DNA of 64,000 nt from Parasitella parasitica NRRL 2501 (lineage: Eukaryota > Fungi > Mucoromycota), in contig MU619237.1 in NCBI GenBank assembly GCA_025201805.1, positions 1 through 64,000 of the forward strand. The letters run 5' to 3'. The position numbers and the translations under genes are program-made. The notes below the pieces were generated by a model. It was not told the origin of the DNA. It saw only the letters and a list, made by a program, of their open reading frames with translations, and searched no databases. Of this stretch, positions 12,838 to 25,541 are shown piece by piece (within the stretch, counting starts at the first letter, position 1; each line of letters begins with the position of its first letter).

Positions 12838-14326
12838 ATGGCTTCCGGTTCGTTCATAACAAGATCTTTATTATTATTACTGTTCATTGCTGTCTTTCTG
12901 ACAGCGTCTCTCCATGCTCAGGCGCATGTTCATGAGGGTAAATTAGACTTTGCAGTTGTCATTTGGGTAAAATAGCTTATATTTAGTAGACGGAACTGTT
13001 CATGACCACTCTGACGGTGAATCTAATCAAATTCAGTCAGAGCCATCAACAGGTAATGCAGTTTAATGTAGGAGTATTCACAGCTATGTAGATGCTAAAT
13101 CGTTGTTCACTAGGCGCTATCGTTCCCAGCAATGCCAATGGTGCTCTTGACAATCACATTCATGAGGAAGGCGAAGCTTCTCACTCACATTCACATGGGA
13201 TTTCTTGCGATATGGAGCCCATTGAAGATTACAACTTACCCCTAAGGATTGGTTCCGTGTTTATCGTTTTGGTCACTTCGGCAGTGGGTAAGTTATTGTA
13301 AATTATCCAGACAACACTGCAAGGCACTTAATTTTTACTATACAACATTCAGGTATCTTCTCCCCTATCATCCTCTACCGCATTAGTCCTTACAAAGAGG
13401 GTTCTGCTCGTGATTGGGCTCTTACTGCTGGTAAATTTTTCGGAACAGGCGTTATCATTGCAACTGCTTTTATTCATATGCTGCCTGAAGCCCTGGAACA
13501 CTTTGACTCTGAATGCATTGGCGAAGGCTGGCACACTTACCATGCTTTTGGTGGTCTCTTTTGTATGATAGCCTCCTTCTTCCTGCAAATCATCGAATTG
13601 GCAGCCATCTCTAATTTGGATGCTATTGCTCAAAGAAATGCTGCAGCTGCAGGCGGCCACACTTCTTCAAACACTATAAAAAATGGCAACTCTGAAGAAT
13701 ACGCTGACAGTAGAGTGAACGAAAAGAGTATTGTGGATCCTTCAAATGACATTAACCATATTGAAAGAAGTCATCATGAACACAACCACACTGGTATCAA
13801 CGAAGACGGACATGTTCATTCGGCTGGTTTCCTCGAGAATGAACAATCCATTCGCAATATTGGCACCTTCATCTTAGAATTCGGAATTGTGGTGCATTCT
13901 ATTATCATCGGTATTACGCTGGGCTGTACAGATAGTTCATCGTTCCAAACACTACTCATCGCTTTAGTGTTCCATCAATTCTTTGAAGGCATCGCTCTTG
14001 GTACTCGTATCAACGATCTTCAAAGCAAGACATGGACAAAACCTATTCTTATGGGTTTGCTGTTCATTTGCATGACTCCCATAGGTGTTGGTATTGGTAT
14101 TGGAGTTAGATCAACCATTAACCCTCCAGCCGCAATCTTGGCTCAGGCTATTCTGGACTCTCTCTCTGCTGGTATCTTGCTGTATAATGCTTATGTGTCC
14201 CTAATGAGTATCGAAATCAATCATAATGTTGGCTTCCGTAAATCCTCTTTGGGCCGTAAAGCTTTTTGTTTCTTGTGCATGTATCTGGGGGCTGCTCTTA
14301 TGTCTGTTCTTGGTGCATGGGCTTGA
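12838..14326 (+). CDS. ZIP family zinc/iron transporter (Zrt1-like) with signal peptide and His-rich N-terminus
   Basis: YNLPLRIGSVF, KFFGTGVIIATAFIHMLP, LEFGIVVHSIIIG, FHQFFEGIALG. Four exons. Confidence 0.95.
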
Positions 14327-14825
14327 ACGCATGCTATCATCAAATATCGACATCTTACACCCCTTTTTTATTGCAATACTATTTCTGTACCTATCATGTC
14401 TGAATAATTTATTCTAACGCACAAAACAGTGCCATACTTCTAAATCAATATATGCAAATAAACTTACGCTTCAAAACAAATAGTTGTGTTGTAATGGGAA
14501 CAAGAACTTGCTTTACTTTAGCAAGATAATGGTCATATAACATAATTTCGGTCAGGCAGTGCATTCATAGATCACATACAGCAACAGTAAATACAGAGAA
14601 ATGTTGCCATATCTGCTCAAAACAGGCCTAACAAGGGATGTTAAAACCGGTAGAACTTACATGGAGTATAAATGGAAGAGAAGTGAAGGATCATTGGATA
14701 ATATCACGATAAAACGGATATTTGCATCAGACTAACACAATTCTCAAAACGTTGGAATCAGAGCTATTGAATGGATGTATTATCTGGGCTGAATCAACTA
14801 TAAATGAAAAGTTATTTACAAAAAA

Positions 14826-14828
<3 letters not shown>

Positions 14829-14862
<34 letters not shown>
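14829..14862. repeat. (GA)n microsatellite
   Basis: Directly visible. Confidence 0.95.
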
Positions 14863-14865
<3 letters not shown>

Positions 14866-14926
14866 AATCTCGTGCAAAAACTCGATTTGAATATGTACGA
14901 TAATACTATTTATTGAGTATGTGAGT

Positions 14927-15531
14927 TTAATTATACACTTGGACAAGGTTTTGGGCAACATAGCCTTGTTCATTCGTCAAGGAATTCATTCTAGAGTCGA
15001 ATTTGACAGCGTAATACCATCCATCAGTTCTTGCTTCGGTTACTGCTAACCAGGTGCCTCTGGAAAACTGCAATTCATCAGGTTTTCCGCTATACCAATC
15101 TGTAATTGCTAAAGCTACAGTGAAAAATTTAGTATATATGCCACTAATGCAGTTTCATACGTAACTTACCCCAAAATAAAGTGGGCTGTACACCTTGAAC
15201 CACATTAGTTGGTGGCTGGTAATACTCACTCCCAGTACCAACCATGCTATTCACAGTATGTTGATGATAGGCATGTGGATGTGGAGGTGATGGAGTAGAA
15301 GTGGGGTATTGAGGGTAATACTGTTGAGATTGATGAAAATGATGCTGCTCCTGTTGTCTTGGGTATGTATTGAAATTGCTATTTACATGATACATTTCTG
15401 GTTGCGGTACACCATTAACAGGACTCGGGTTGTTGGATGTGCGATACCCAGGGTTATCCATAGGAATTACGGGTTGTTGCCATTGTTGCTGAAATTGCTG
15501 TTGCTGTTGCTGTTGCTGCTGCTCCTGTTGT

Positions 15532-15575
<44 letters not shown>

Positions 15576-17473
15576 TTGTTGTTGTTGTTGCGGCTGCTGC
15601 TGCTCTGATATTGGTTTAGACCTGCGCATGCTATTCCGCTGTGATCTTTGACTTTGTAAACTCGTTGCTGAGAGGCCATCTAATGCAGCTGGGTTCTTCC
15701 TTGAGGTATCGCCTTTTTCATTTTCGTAAATACCCAACTCTTCTAAAAGGCTTTGATAGGAAAAGTTACATGCTGCTTCCAAATCTGCAGATGGCTGTCG
15801 TCTGCGAGTGGTGATGCGACGAGAAGGGTTCATTTCTTTACCAATTTTTTTTGTATCTGATTTGGACGCATCCGAGTCCAGATGGCCCAAATCAAACATG
15901 TTGTTTCCAATAGCAAATACAACCTTAGCACGCGGGTCAATATTCACATCACCTTCTTCTTGCTGCTTATTGTTTTTGACAGGACTTTCTATTTCGTCTT
16001 CTTCAGATGAATCGGTCGTTGTGATGGATGATGTCCCTGGAACCACGAGCACTGGCGGAGGTGACTGTTGGTTTACTCTTTGTCTGATGGATTTCTCTTT
16101 TTGCAGTGAATTTGATACAGACGGCAAAGGTTTGACAATGCTGCGCATGATAGATCTGCGTCTATCATCTGTGCTTTGACTGAGAGTTGAAGGCTCGCAT
16201 ATACCTCTCTGTGAGACAACAGTGTCTTCCTGGCCCACAGTTGGATTTCGAACGGTCAATTCAGGCTTGGGTTTGTCAACTGGAGAAATTTCAGGCATAA
16301 ATTCAGGAGGAATTGGGAAATCAGCAATGGTGTGTTGTTGGAAGGTTTTTGCAGGATCATCCATATAATCAACAAAGACCTCAGGTTTTGGAATCTTTGG
16401 TCCTGTGCCTTTTTCGGCTATGAAGATCTGGATGTCGTCTGCCGGATCGTATTGGTCAAGCGATTTCCAAAAACGTTCGTACGACTGTAAACAATGTTGT
16501 TACTAAAAACAGTAAACATGATATTAACAAAAAAAAAAACCCCCCCCCCACTTTACCTCTTGGTCCTGGCTTGAAGCCGTTGAAAGCACATTGACATACA
16601 TGGAAAAGCTATGGTGAAGAAATTCCAGTCTCTTTTTCTCCATTCCTTGGTAGATCTAAAGGAACAAGCGTGAGCTGGCTGCTTTAACACTAGAAACCAT
16701 ACAACACTCACATCGCAAGCCATCTTCCATGCCTTGTTCCATTCGTCAGTTGCATCTGCCACTTTGATGCAGGCATTTCTGTATTCTTGCTCTTGGATCT
16801 TGATTTCATGCTGCGTTTTTTCCATCCTCTGCTTCATTCTCTCAGCATCACGGCCAGAGACACTGGCAATTTGAGTCTGCATTGTGATCAGCTTAGCACA
16901 GTCAGATTCGTATTTCTCTTTGACTTTAGACAGGTAAGCTTCGCTCGATTGTTTGTATCGATGCGCTTTTTCAACAGTCAAATGGGTCAATTTTCGCTTG
17001 TCCTTTTGCTCAAGAACAAAGTTGTCGAGCTCAACCTCCAGTCGAATTTTTATTTTCTGTGAGAGATTGAGGTGAGCTTGGGCTGTCCACTCCATTTCCT
17101 TATGAGCTGATGTAAGCAGGCTATTCAGTGTGCTTTTTTTTTTTTTTTTTTTTTTTTTTTTNNNNNNNNNNTTGCAGTTAGTACACTCAGTATTGCTCTG
17201 ATGTGACATGTCTCTGTACCCTAATTCTTCTTTTCCGATGCCTGATCTTGAATGCTTCATTAATTTACGGCCAAATTCTTCATGTAAAGACGCCCTATCT
17301 CAACCGAGTCAGAGGGCAATTTAGAATTTATTGTGATTGCTATAATACCTAACGTTGTAGAATGACTTGATTTCGTCAAATGTCTTTTTTGTGTTGTTCA
17401 TCTTGGCGGTGAGAGCATAGAATCCATCATCCTTTAAGCCCCAGAAATTGTTGGCGAATATTTGCTCTGTCAT
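14927..17473 (-). CDS. F-BAR (FCH) + SH3 cytokinesis protein (Hof1/Cdc15/Imp2-like), multi-exon, spans an N gap
   Basis: N-terminus MTEQIFANNFWG..DDGF, coiled-coil F-BAR, GTGPKIP, polyQ linker, C-terminal SH3 exon (DELQFSRGTWLAVT..DGWY..GYVAQNLVQ). Confidence 0.88.
15495..15604 (-). repeat. CAG/CAA trinucleotide tract encoding polyQ
   Basis: Directly visible inside the F-BAR gene. Confidence 0.95.
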
Positions 17474-17640
17474 CTGTGTGTGCAAGTAGTTGTGAAGTTT
17501 ATGAGAAAAAGAAAGGAAGAAGGAAAATTATAGGATTTTTGCTTCTTTTATATATGCATTTCTGAGCAACAACAAAGCATGTCCTTTTTGGGAAGAATAT
17601 GATACACAAAAGGGAGCTTTTGTTTTGAAGAGCATTCATG

Positions 17641-17681
17641 ACGCGAACAATCGAATTAAATGAGATTCAAGAGGCGCGTTT
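17641..17681. promoter_or_regulatory. MCB/E2F-like CGCG elements in the F-BAR/SMC4 divergent promoter
   Basis: ACGCGAA (17641) and GGCGCGTTT (17673) in an otherwise AT-rich 243-bp intergenic region. Confidence 0.45.
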
Positions 17682-17716
17682 GCTCTGCTTTTCAACTTTT
17701 GTTAATCAAACACATC

Positions 17717-20700
17717 ATGGACAGCATACCTAGCAAAAGAAAGAGACTAATCAAGAGCGATTCAGACACGGAGCAGGAAGATGAAGGACAAGAGTTTTCG
17801 AGCCAACTGTCCGCCTCTGACCGCAAAGTCTCCTTTGCTTCTCCAAGCCAAGAGCCTACACCCGTAAAGGAGATGACTCCACCCACCATCGACTCCATGT
17901 CACCCACAGCAGAGCCCAACGCTGACAACGCTGACAACACTGTCGCTAAAAAGAAGCAGCCTCGATTGGTAATGAAGAAGATGGTGCTGAACAACTTCAA
18001 GTCGTATGCTGGAAGGCAAGTTATTGGACCCTTCCACAAGGTAGGGACCGTGGAATGTAATCGAGATCAAGTATACTAACTACTTCTCCGTTCCAGTCAT
18101 TCAGTGCTAGTAAGCAGAGCATGCATGCACTTGCTTGTATACTTCTAACTATTTTTTTCCTCTAGTTGTTGGTCCTAATGGATCAGGCAAATCAAACGTC
18201 ATTGACGCTCTGTTGTTTGTATTTGGGTATCGAGCAAATAAGATGAGACAGGGCAAGCTGTCAGAACTTATCCACAATTCTGCCAAACATCCCAATTGCA
18301 CACACTGCTCAGTAGAAATCCACTTTCAAGAAATTATCGATGGAGACACACCAACAGACTTTATGGTTGTGCCCAATTCAACGCTGGTCGTATCTCGCCA
18401 TGCAAGCCAGAGCAACTCCAGTAAATACTCCATCAACAATAGAACAAGTAGCTTCACAGAAGTAACTACACTCTTGAAAAAAAGAGGTATCGATCTAGAC
18501 CACAAGAGATTCTTGATTCTGCAGGGTGAAGTCGAGTCGATCGCTTTGATGAAAGCAAAGGCAAAAGACGGCTCAGATGATGGTTTGTTAGAGTATTTAG
18601 AAGATATCATTGGAACGTCCAAATACAAAGAACCTATCGAACACACAAGTGCCAGACTGGAAGTGTTGAACGAAGACAGAGCCGAGAAACTAAGCAGAGT
18701 CAAATATGTTAGTCGTGAGATGGATGGCATGGAAGACAAAAAAGCAGAAGCAGAAAACTATCTGCAAAATGAAAACGAGCTGGTCAAAAAGAAGAATGAA
18801 TTGTACCAGATCTACTCGAGCGAAGCCCAAGAGAATATCCAAGTTGCCAACCAAGCGATTGAGGAGCTGCAGTTAAAGTTGGATGAAGAAGGCAAGAAAT
18901 TCGAGTCTCTCGAAAAAGAGAAACTCGAAATGAATGCTGCATACCAAAATACTGCCCAAGAATATAAAGTAATGGAAAGTGAGAGCAACATCCTCACCAA
19001 AAAGCAATCCAAATACGAAAAGGAGCAAGTTGAAGTACGCGAGCGAAAAAACCACCTCATATCCAAACAGGAGAAAGGAAAGGCTACGTTGGATGCGGAT
19101 CGTAATGCTCGAGCTGAAGCACAAGCATCCATCGCAAAGAACACAGAGGAGCTTCAACGCCGAAAAGCTGAGCTGATTCAAGTAGAGCAGCAGTTGAAAG
19201 AGGAAGAAAATAAACTCGACGCTATCAATCGAGAGTTGAAGGGCAAAACTGATGGTTACATGGCTCAAATAGAAGAGCATCAGAGAAAACTGGCGCCCTG
19301 GACTGAAAAGATCAATCATAAGCAAAAGGCCATCGATGTCAGAAAATCAGAAAGTGAGATTTTAGCTGAAAAGATTGAGTCTGGTGTGAAGGCGGTTGAA
19401 AGTGCTCAAGCGCAGGTTGCAAAGCTAACAGAATCTATAAAGCACAAAAAGAAGGAAATCAAGGATCTCCCAGGTGAGATCAAGGAAGCCAAGACTGAAG
19501 TCAGGGAACTGGAACTGTATCTGACTGATCTGGTCAAAAAAGAAGCAGAGAAACGTATTGAAATGAACAATGCGCGTCAAAAGGCAGAGGAAGCCAGAGC
19601 ATCCATGCAGCAATCACAAAGCCGAGGAAAGGTGCTGGATAGTATTTTGCGTATGCGCGATTCTGGAAGAGTGGAGGGTATTTATGACAGATTAGGCAGT
19701 CTTGGTGTAATTGATGATCGTTACGATGTAGCTATATCAACTGCATGTCCTGCCCTTGACAATATTGTTGTGGAGACTGTTGAAGCAGCCCAGGCTTGTA
19801 TCGAGTATCTTCGAAAGAACAACTTGGGCCGTGCCGTGTTTACTGTACTTGGTCAACTCCACCATCAAAATACAAAGGAGATCGTAACACCAGAGAAAGT
19901 CCCTCGTTTATTTGACTTGGTAGAGCCCAAGGATGAAAAATTCAGACCTGCATTTTATAGTGTTCTGCAAGATACCTTGGTTGCTGAAGATATGCGTCAA
20001 GCCAACAGAATTGCGTATGGACACAAGCGTTATAGAGTTGTCACCATGGACGGCAAACTCATCGAGAAATCCGGTGCTATGACTGGCGGAGGTAATCGCC
20101 AATTGAGAGGTGCCATGAGCTCTGTGTTCAAAAATGATGGTGTCAGTGCTGAGATGGTTATGGAGCTAGAGAGCGAACGTGACAAAATTGAGAGGGACTA
20201 CCGCATTGCTGCAGATGAGAAGCGTGCAAGCGAGACAGCGCTTCGAAGGAAGAACGAACATTTGCCAAAACTCGAGATGAACCTTGAAAAGTTCCAAATG
20301 GACACCAGCAGTATGGAAAGCCAGCTTGAGGACGAAGAGCAGCGCTTGGCTGAATTGAGGTAAGTCTACCAACAGCCTACTTGTTTTCAATACGATGTTT
20401 AACAAGGATACAATAGAAACCAGACTGCGCCTAGTCCAGCGGATGTGCAGCGACAAGACGAAATTGGATCTGAAATAGAGCAGCTGCAGCAAGAGCTGAT
20501 AGAACTAAAGGAAAAAACGATCGAGATCGAGGAGGCTATTGCTGCTTTACATGAAGATATCATGGACGCTGGTGGTATGGATTTGAGAATCCAAAAAATA
20601 TGCGTCAACGACATGCGCAAGAAGATTGACAGCCTAAACAGTAAAATTACCAAGAACATGGTGGCCAAATCCAAAGCAGAAAAAGACGTTACGAGGCTAG

Positions 20701-22145
20701 AGGCTTCTATTGTCAAGTTTGAACGGGAAAGCGAGAAATTTGAACACAATTTGAATGTTCTTGAGGAAGAGTTGCAATTTTGCACCCGCAATTTAGAGGA
20801 GATTATAGAACAGGTGAACAAGGCAAAAGAGGTAGTTGTTTGTAAATGTCATGTATTGCAGAATCAACAAGCTTATAGACGTGAAAATTTAGTCAATGGA
20901 AGAGAAAAAGACTGAAATGGAGCAGGTGAAAAAGGAACTCGACGACAAGTCCGAAGCCATCAACAAGCTTCGTCAGTCAGAAGTTGAGATCAAGAGTAAA
21001 CTGGAGGATTACAGGCGAACACTGGTTGATAATCAAAAGAAGGCAGCCCATTGGGAGGAACAAAGATCAAAGTTGGAGTTACAGCGCATTGACGATGAGC
21101 CTGAGGAAGAACTAAAACTACAACAATTTGAAGGAGAGCAACTGGAAGAGCTGTTGCAATCAAAACAGGCTATCAAGATGGAGATTGCAGAAATTGAAAG
21201 TAAGGAAAGATCTTTGCGGCTTCAGACGATGCTAATTTATTTCCAACACATTTACAGCGTTTGTACAAAACGCAAAACCCAATTTGTCAGTGCTGGAAGA
21301 ATACCGTCGTCGCAGAGGTGAATACAATGATAGAAAGAGCGAGCTTGATTCTGTCACATTAAGGCGAGATCAAGTGAAGGCAGAGGTAGAAACTCTTCGC
21401 AAGAAGCGTCTGGATGAGTTTATGAGTGGATTCAATGTCATTTCTCAAAAATTGAAAGAGATGTACCAGGTAAAATTAAAGTAATTCTGACAGAGCAAAA
21501 CCACTGAATATATCGATGAATAGATGATTACTATGGGCGGTAATGCAGAGCTTGAGCTTGTCGATAGTCTAGATCCGTTTTCAGAAGGCATCGTCTTTAG
21601 TGTCATGCCTCCCAAAAAGAGTTGGAAAAATATCTCAAACTTGTCCGGTGGTGAAAAGGTAGGATCAAACTATGTAAAACAGTGATCCAACCTCAACTAA
21701 ACTACAAATTACGCCATAGACTTTGAGTTCATTGGCCCTGGTTTTCGCATTGCACCATTTCAAACCCACCCCTCTGTATGTGATGGACGAAATCGATGCT
21801 GCCTTAGATTTCCGCAATGTGTCAATCGTAGCAAACTATATCGCAGAACGTACGAAGGATGCCCAGTTTGTCATTATCAGTTTGAGAAATAATATGTTTG
21901 AATTGGCTGATCGATTGGTTGGTATTTACAAGACCAGTCATTGCACAAAGAGCATTGCCATCAACCCAAATATGATTGCCACCTTGACTGCAATGCCTAC
22001 CAATGCAAGTTCAAGTTTAGGAAAGAAATTGACACCTCCGATAAACCTTTCGCCAAATACTGCCGAAACTGAGAGTGCTCAAGAGACTGCTGCTGCTACT
22101 AACCAGCACTCTGAAAATTCGAATGCTGGACATGTATCTATATAG
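17717..22145 (+). CDS. SMC4: Condensin subunit SMC4
   Basis: NFKSYAG..GPFHK|SFSA|IVGPNGSGKSNVID, RFLILQGEVE, hinge GIYDRLGSLG/SGAMTGGG, LSGGEK, PLYVMDEIDAALD. Includes a 13-nt microexon at 18097-18109. Confidence 0.97.
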
Positions 22146-23125
22146 CCCCCCCCCTCCCTCTCCCTTTTTTGTCATATTAGCTTTAATTCTTCAAATCAAA
22201 TAAATATTGTAAATACATATACTGTTGTAAACACACAGCAGCTGTCTTCAAGACGGTGCTGTATTGTAATTATGCATTTCTTCGGTTTGCGTGCACGTTT
22301 GCTAGAAGGGGCGATTTATTGTGCTACAGAAGGCATTGAACATTAGTTTCCATGCCAAAATATCTTCTTTCGATGGCATATATACACATATCACTTGAAG
22401 AGTTTATTTTTTGGCGAAAAATTTCACGTTTTGCTTTTTTGTTAGCCCATGAAAATTTGAAATTTATATAAAGCCAAGAAGAACAATTTTAGTAGAGTTT
22501 AATCTTTACCTGGAATCGTTTATTTTACAACTGTATCGTCAATTTTATATTTCCCACACATCTTTTTGGTTGTTACTGTCTACCAAAAAATTGTATAACA
22601 TAGAGCTCTTAATTCTACATAATTCATGTTATAAAAGTCCAAATGGTAAACCATTTAGCTTTTAACTGAATAAATTAATTCAAGTTTGCAAAGAAACCCC
22701 CCCCCCCCCCAAAAAAAAATCATTTTTGACATTTACAGGTCTGCCATGCCTGATACTCTCTTTGATGCTTCTTTTTAAGAGATAACTACAAATGTGATGA
22801 GTATAATAATGCTAATTCAATACAATCGTTTTATAATGTATATAATGGACATGTAAAAAGAGGGTGTTCCACAGTGCCCAGATTCTATTAGATTTACTTG
22901 ATTTTCCATTAATCCATAGGAAGCGGGAAAAATGCGAAGGAAAATCCATATTTAGAATCATGTGTCGAATTATGCAGACATCTCGTCATTTTTAGTATGC
23001 AAATATCGTTATAACCGTTACGAAACCCCTCCTTTAGTGAAATCCAGAAAAACTATAAAACGGTTCCAGCCATCGCTTTTATTTAATGCACTTTGTTAAC
23101 TAAATCACTTTTTATTGTATACAGA

Positions 23126-23698
23126 ATGCATTTAACAAAACTTGCCCTCTTTGTCTTGGCTATTGCTGGTGTTTGCTCTGCCTCTGATCGCTTCATGATC
23201 CGTAGCCCAACATCATCCAGATTATTAGGATTTAACTATGAAAAGAAGCCGTTCTTTGGGGGAAAATGCACTGAAACCTATGACAAATACTTGAAAGTTC
23301 AATCGTCTGGAAAAGGCGTTCATTTCAAATTGACAGGTTGCGATGATGACGACTTCTGCCATTTAGCCATTACTGATGGCGATTATAAGGGTTATTGCCT
23401 CTCTGGAGACAAGAGGCCCGAATCTCAAAGCTGTAGCGATGAAAATAACATCTACAAGGTGAACCTTGACTTTACCATCAGTGCAAAAGATGGCACATAT
23501 CTGGGTGTTGGCAATGAATACAAGGACGATTGTGCTGATTACCAGTATGTCGAACTCACAAGCGAAAAGTATCATTGGTTGCTTGATCATGATAAGGATC
23601 TCCAAGAACAGGACAAATATGATGCTTACGATGATTATTACGACTACCCTTATCACCCCAGAGGAGGTCAGCGCATCTTCCACGACTGCAGAGGATAG
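23126..23698 (+). CDS. Intronless secreted Cys-rich protein, 190 aa, possibly ricin-B/beta-trefoil-like
   Basis: Signal peptide MHLTKLALFVLAIAGVCSA, seven Cys in the mature chain, TATA at ~23054, D/Y-rich tail. The fold is inferred. Confidence 0.75.
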   Translation: MHLTKLALFVLAIAGVCSASDRFMIRSPTSSRLLGFNYEKKPFFGGKCTETYDKYLKVQSSGKGVHFKLTGCDDDDFCHLAITDGDYKGYCLSGDKRPESQSCSDENNIYKVNLDFTISAKDGTYLGVGNEYKDDCADYQYVELTSEKYHWLLDHDKDLQEQDKYDAYDDYYDYPYHPRGGQRIFHDCRG

Positions 23699-23976
23699 TG
23701 ATATTTTTTTTGTATATAAAATAAAATGACAATTCTTGCCCTACATGTAAATCTGTCATCATCATGTCATTTCTTCGATTTTAGTCTCACAGATTTGCAC
23801 ACTAACCGGACCACAGAGTGTGGATCGCATTAAACATCGTTTGCTGTATCCGGACTCGTTGAATGCTTAGAACTCACTCCGAGCAGCTTCAGTTGCCGCT
23901 ATGCGGGAAAGTGCGCCATCAACAAATGGAGGCGGAAGGTGTATACTACGATCCTCCTTTCTTTCCTTCAAGGCAC

Positions 23977-24797
23977 ATGGCTAGAGTAAGTAAAACTTAT
24001 AGCAATCATCATTTCATTGCAAAAAGATACAGCCAGCATTATGGGGGGGGGGCAATGGATAAATAATATCACCTTTGGATGGAAACGAAAAGTCGACATT
24101 CAAGTTATGCCCATCTCAATCACTGCATAACACATCCCATCCCATCCATCCATCCATCCGTCCGTCCGTCCATGCATCGATTCATCCACTCATCATCAGC
24201 TATCTATCTATTCACCATTGCATATCCCAAGCCAATACGGTAATACGCATCTTCGTGCCTAAGAATAATCACATAAATGCACATCAGCCAAATGGCCCCA
24301 TAGGCATCTTCTGGACTTGATTTCATGCAAACACTTGTCTTTCTTTGGAAATGAAATGATGATGAAAAAAAATAGATTTAGTAGTACTGACTCGTTTCAA
24401 TAGTTCACTGAATATCAGGTGGTTGGACGCAAGCTCCCCTCCGCTCAGGAAGCTGCCCCCAAGCTCTTCCGTATGCGTATTTTCGCTCCCAATGTTGTTG
24501 TTGCAAAGTCTCGTTTCTGGTACTTTTTAAAGAAGCTCCGCAAAGTCAAGAAGGCTGCTGGTGAGATCGTTTCCGTTAACGCTGTATGTATTTAATAACG
24601 AGGAGGAGTTGTTTTTTTTGTTGGAGAGATGCGCTAATCATTATTGCCGTCATAGATTGCCGAGAAGCGTCCTGAGCAAATCAAGAACTTTGGTATCTGG
24701 ATCCGTTACGATTCTCGTTCCGGTACCCACAACATGTACAAGGAATACCGTGCCATGCGTCGTGTTGAGGCTGTTGAGACCTGCTGTGAGTAGAATG

Positions 24798-24870
<73 letters not shown>

Positions 24871-25113
24871 TCTGTGCGTTTGATGCTGATCAAATCTTAT
24901 TTAGACCAAGACATGGCTGCTCGTCACCGTGCTCGTTTCAGATCTGTTCAAATCATTCGTGTCGCCGAAGTCAAGGATGCTGATGTCCGTCGCCAATACA
25001 TCAAGCAGCTTTTGACTCCCAAGCTTGCTTTCCCCTTGCCTCACCGTCTTGCAAATGTCGATAAGAAGCACCGTGCTCTTTTCGTTGCCAAGAGACCTAC
25101 CACTTTCTACTAA
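23977..25113 (+). CDS. RPL20: 60S ribosomal protein L20 (eL20), 4 exons
   Basis: MAR|[61 protein letters not shown]. Confidence 0.97.
24801..24862. repeat. (TG)n microsatellite in RPL20 intron 3
   Basis: Directly visible. Confidence 0.95.
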
Positions 25114-25541
25114 GCAGATGGAAAGTATGTCGTGCTTTTTTCGCCCCTTTGATGTGGTAGATGTTTGCATGGCTATTTTCAAATAAAAAAAAATAAAAAG
25201 TATTGGAGTTTAAGGGGGCCTCTTGCTCTATGTTTTGTTTCAATTGAGTGTGGCCTGTCAAATGTGCGTCCCTGTCGACTTTTAGTGTAATTCCAATACA
25301 TGATGGCATAACACGCAGTAAAAATTACCTGTGATACTTTATGTGTAACTCTAAACCTTACATCATGATTGTTGAGAGGGCCATCTTTTGATATACACAC
25401 GTAGTCGATCTCTTTGCAATACTGGCCTGTGACGACTCAACGTTGGCCATTCCTAACTATAAAAAATGAAGGTATGGTGTGAAGAGCGATCCCTCTTTTT
25501 TATCTCTCAAATTAATTTTTGTCTTTAATTCGCTTACAGAT

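Noticed and set aside
14591-14610. ACAGAGAA U6-like motif
   Set aside because: No flanking U6 sequence conservation.
15309-16179. Antisense ORFs such as poly-Leu here and poly-Gly at 46904-47194
   Set aside because: Shadows of polyQ and poly-Pro coding tracts on the opposite strand.
24354-24390. C/D-box-like TGATGA..CTGA in RPL20 intron 1
   Set aside because: Too short, no guide or terminal stem, and the CTGA coincides with the branch site.
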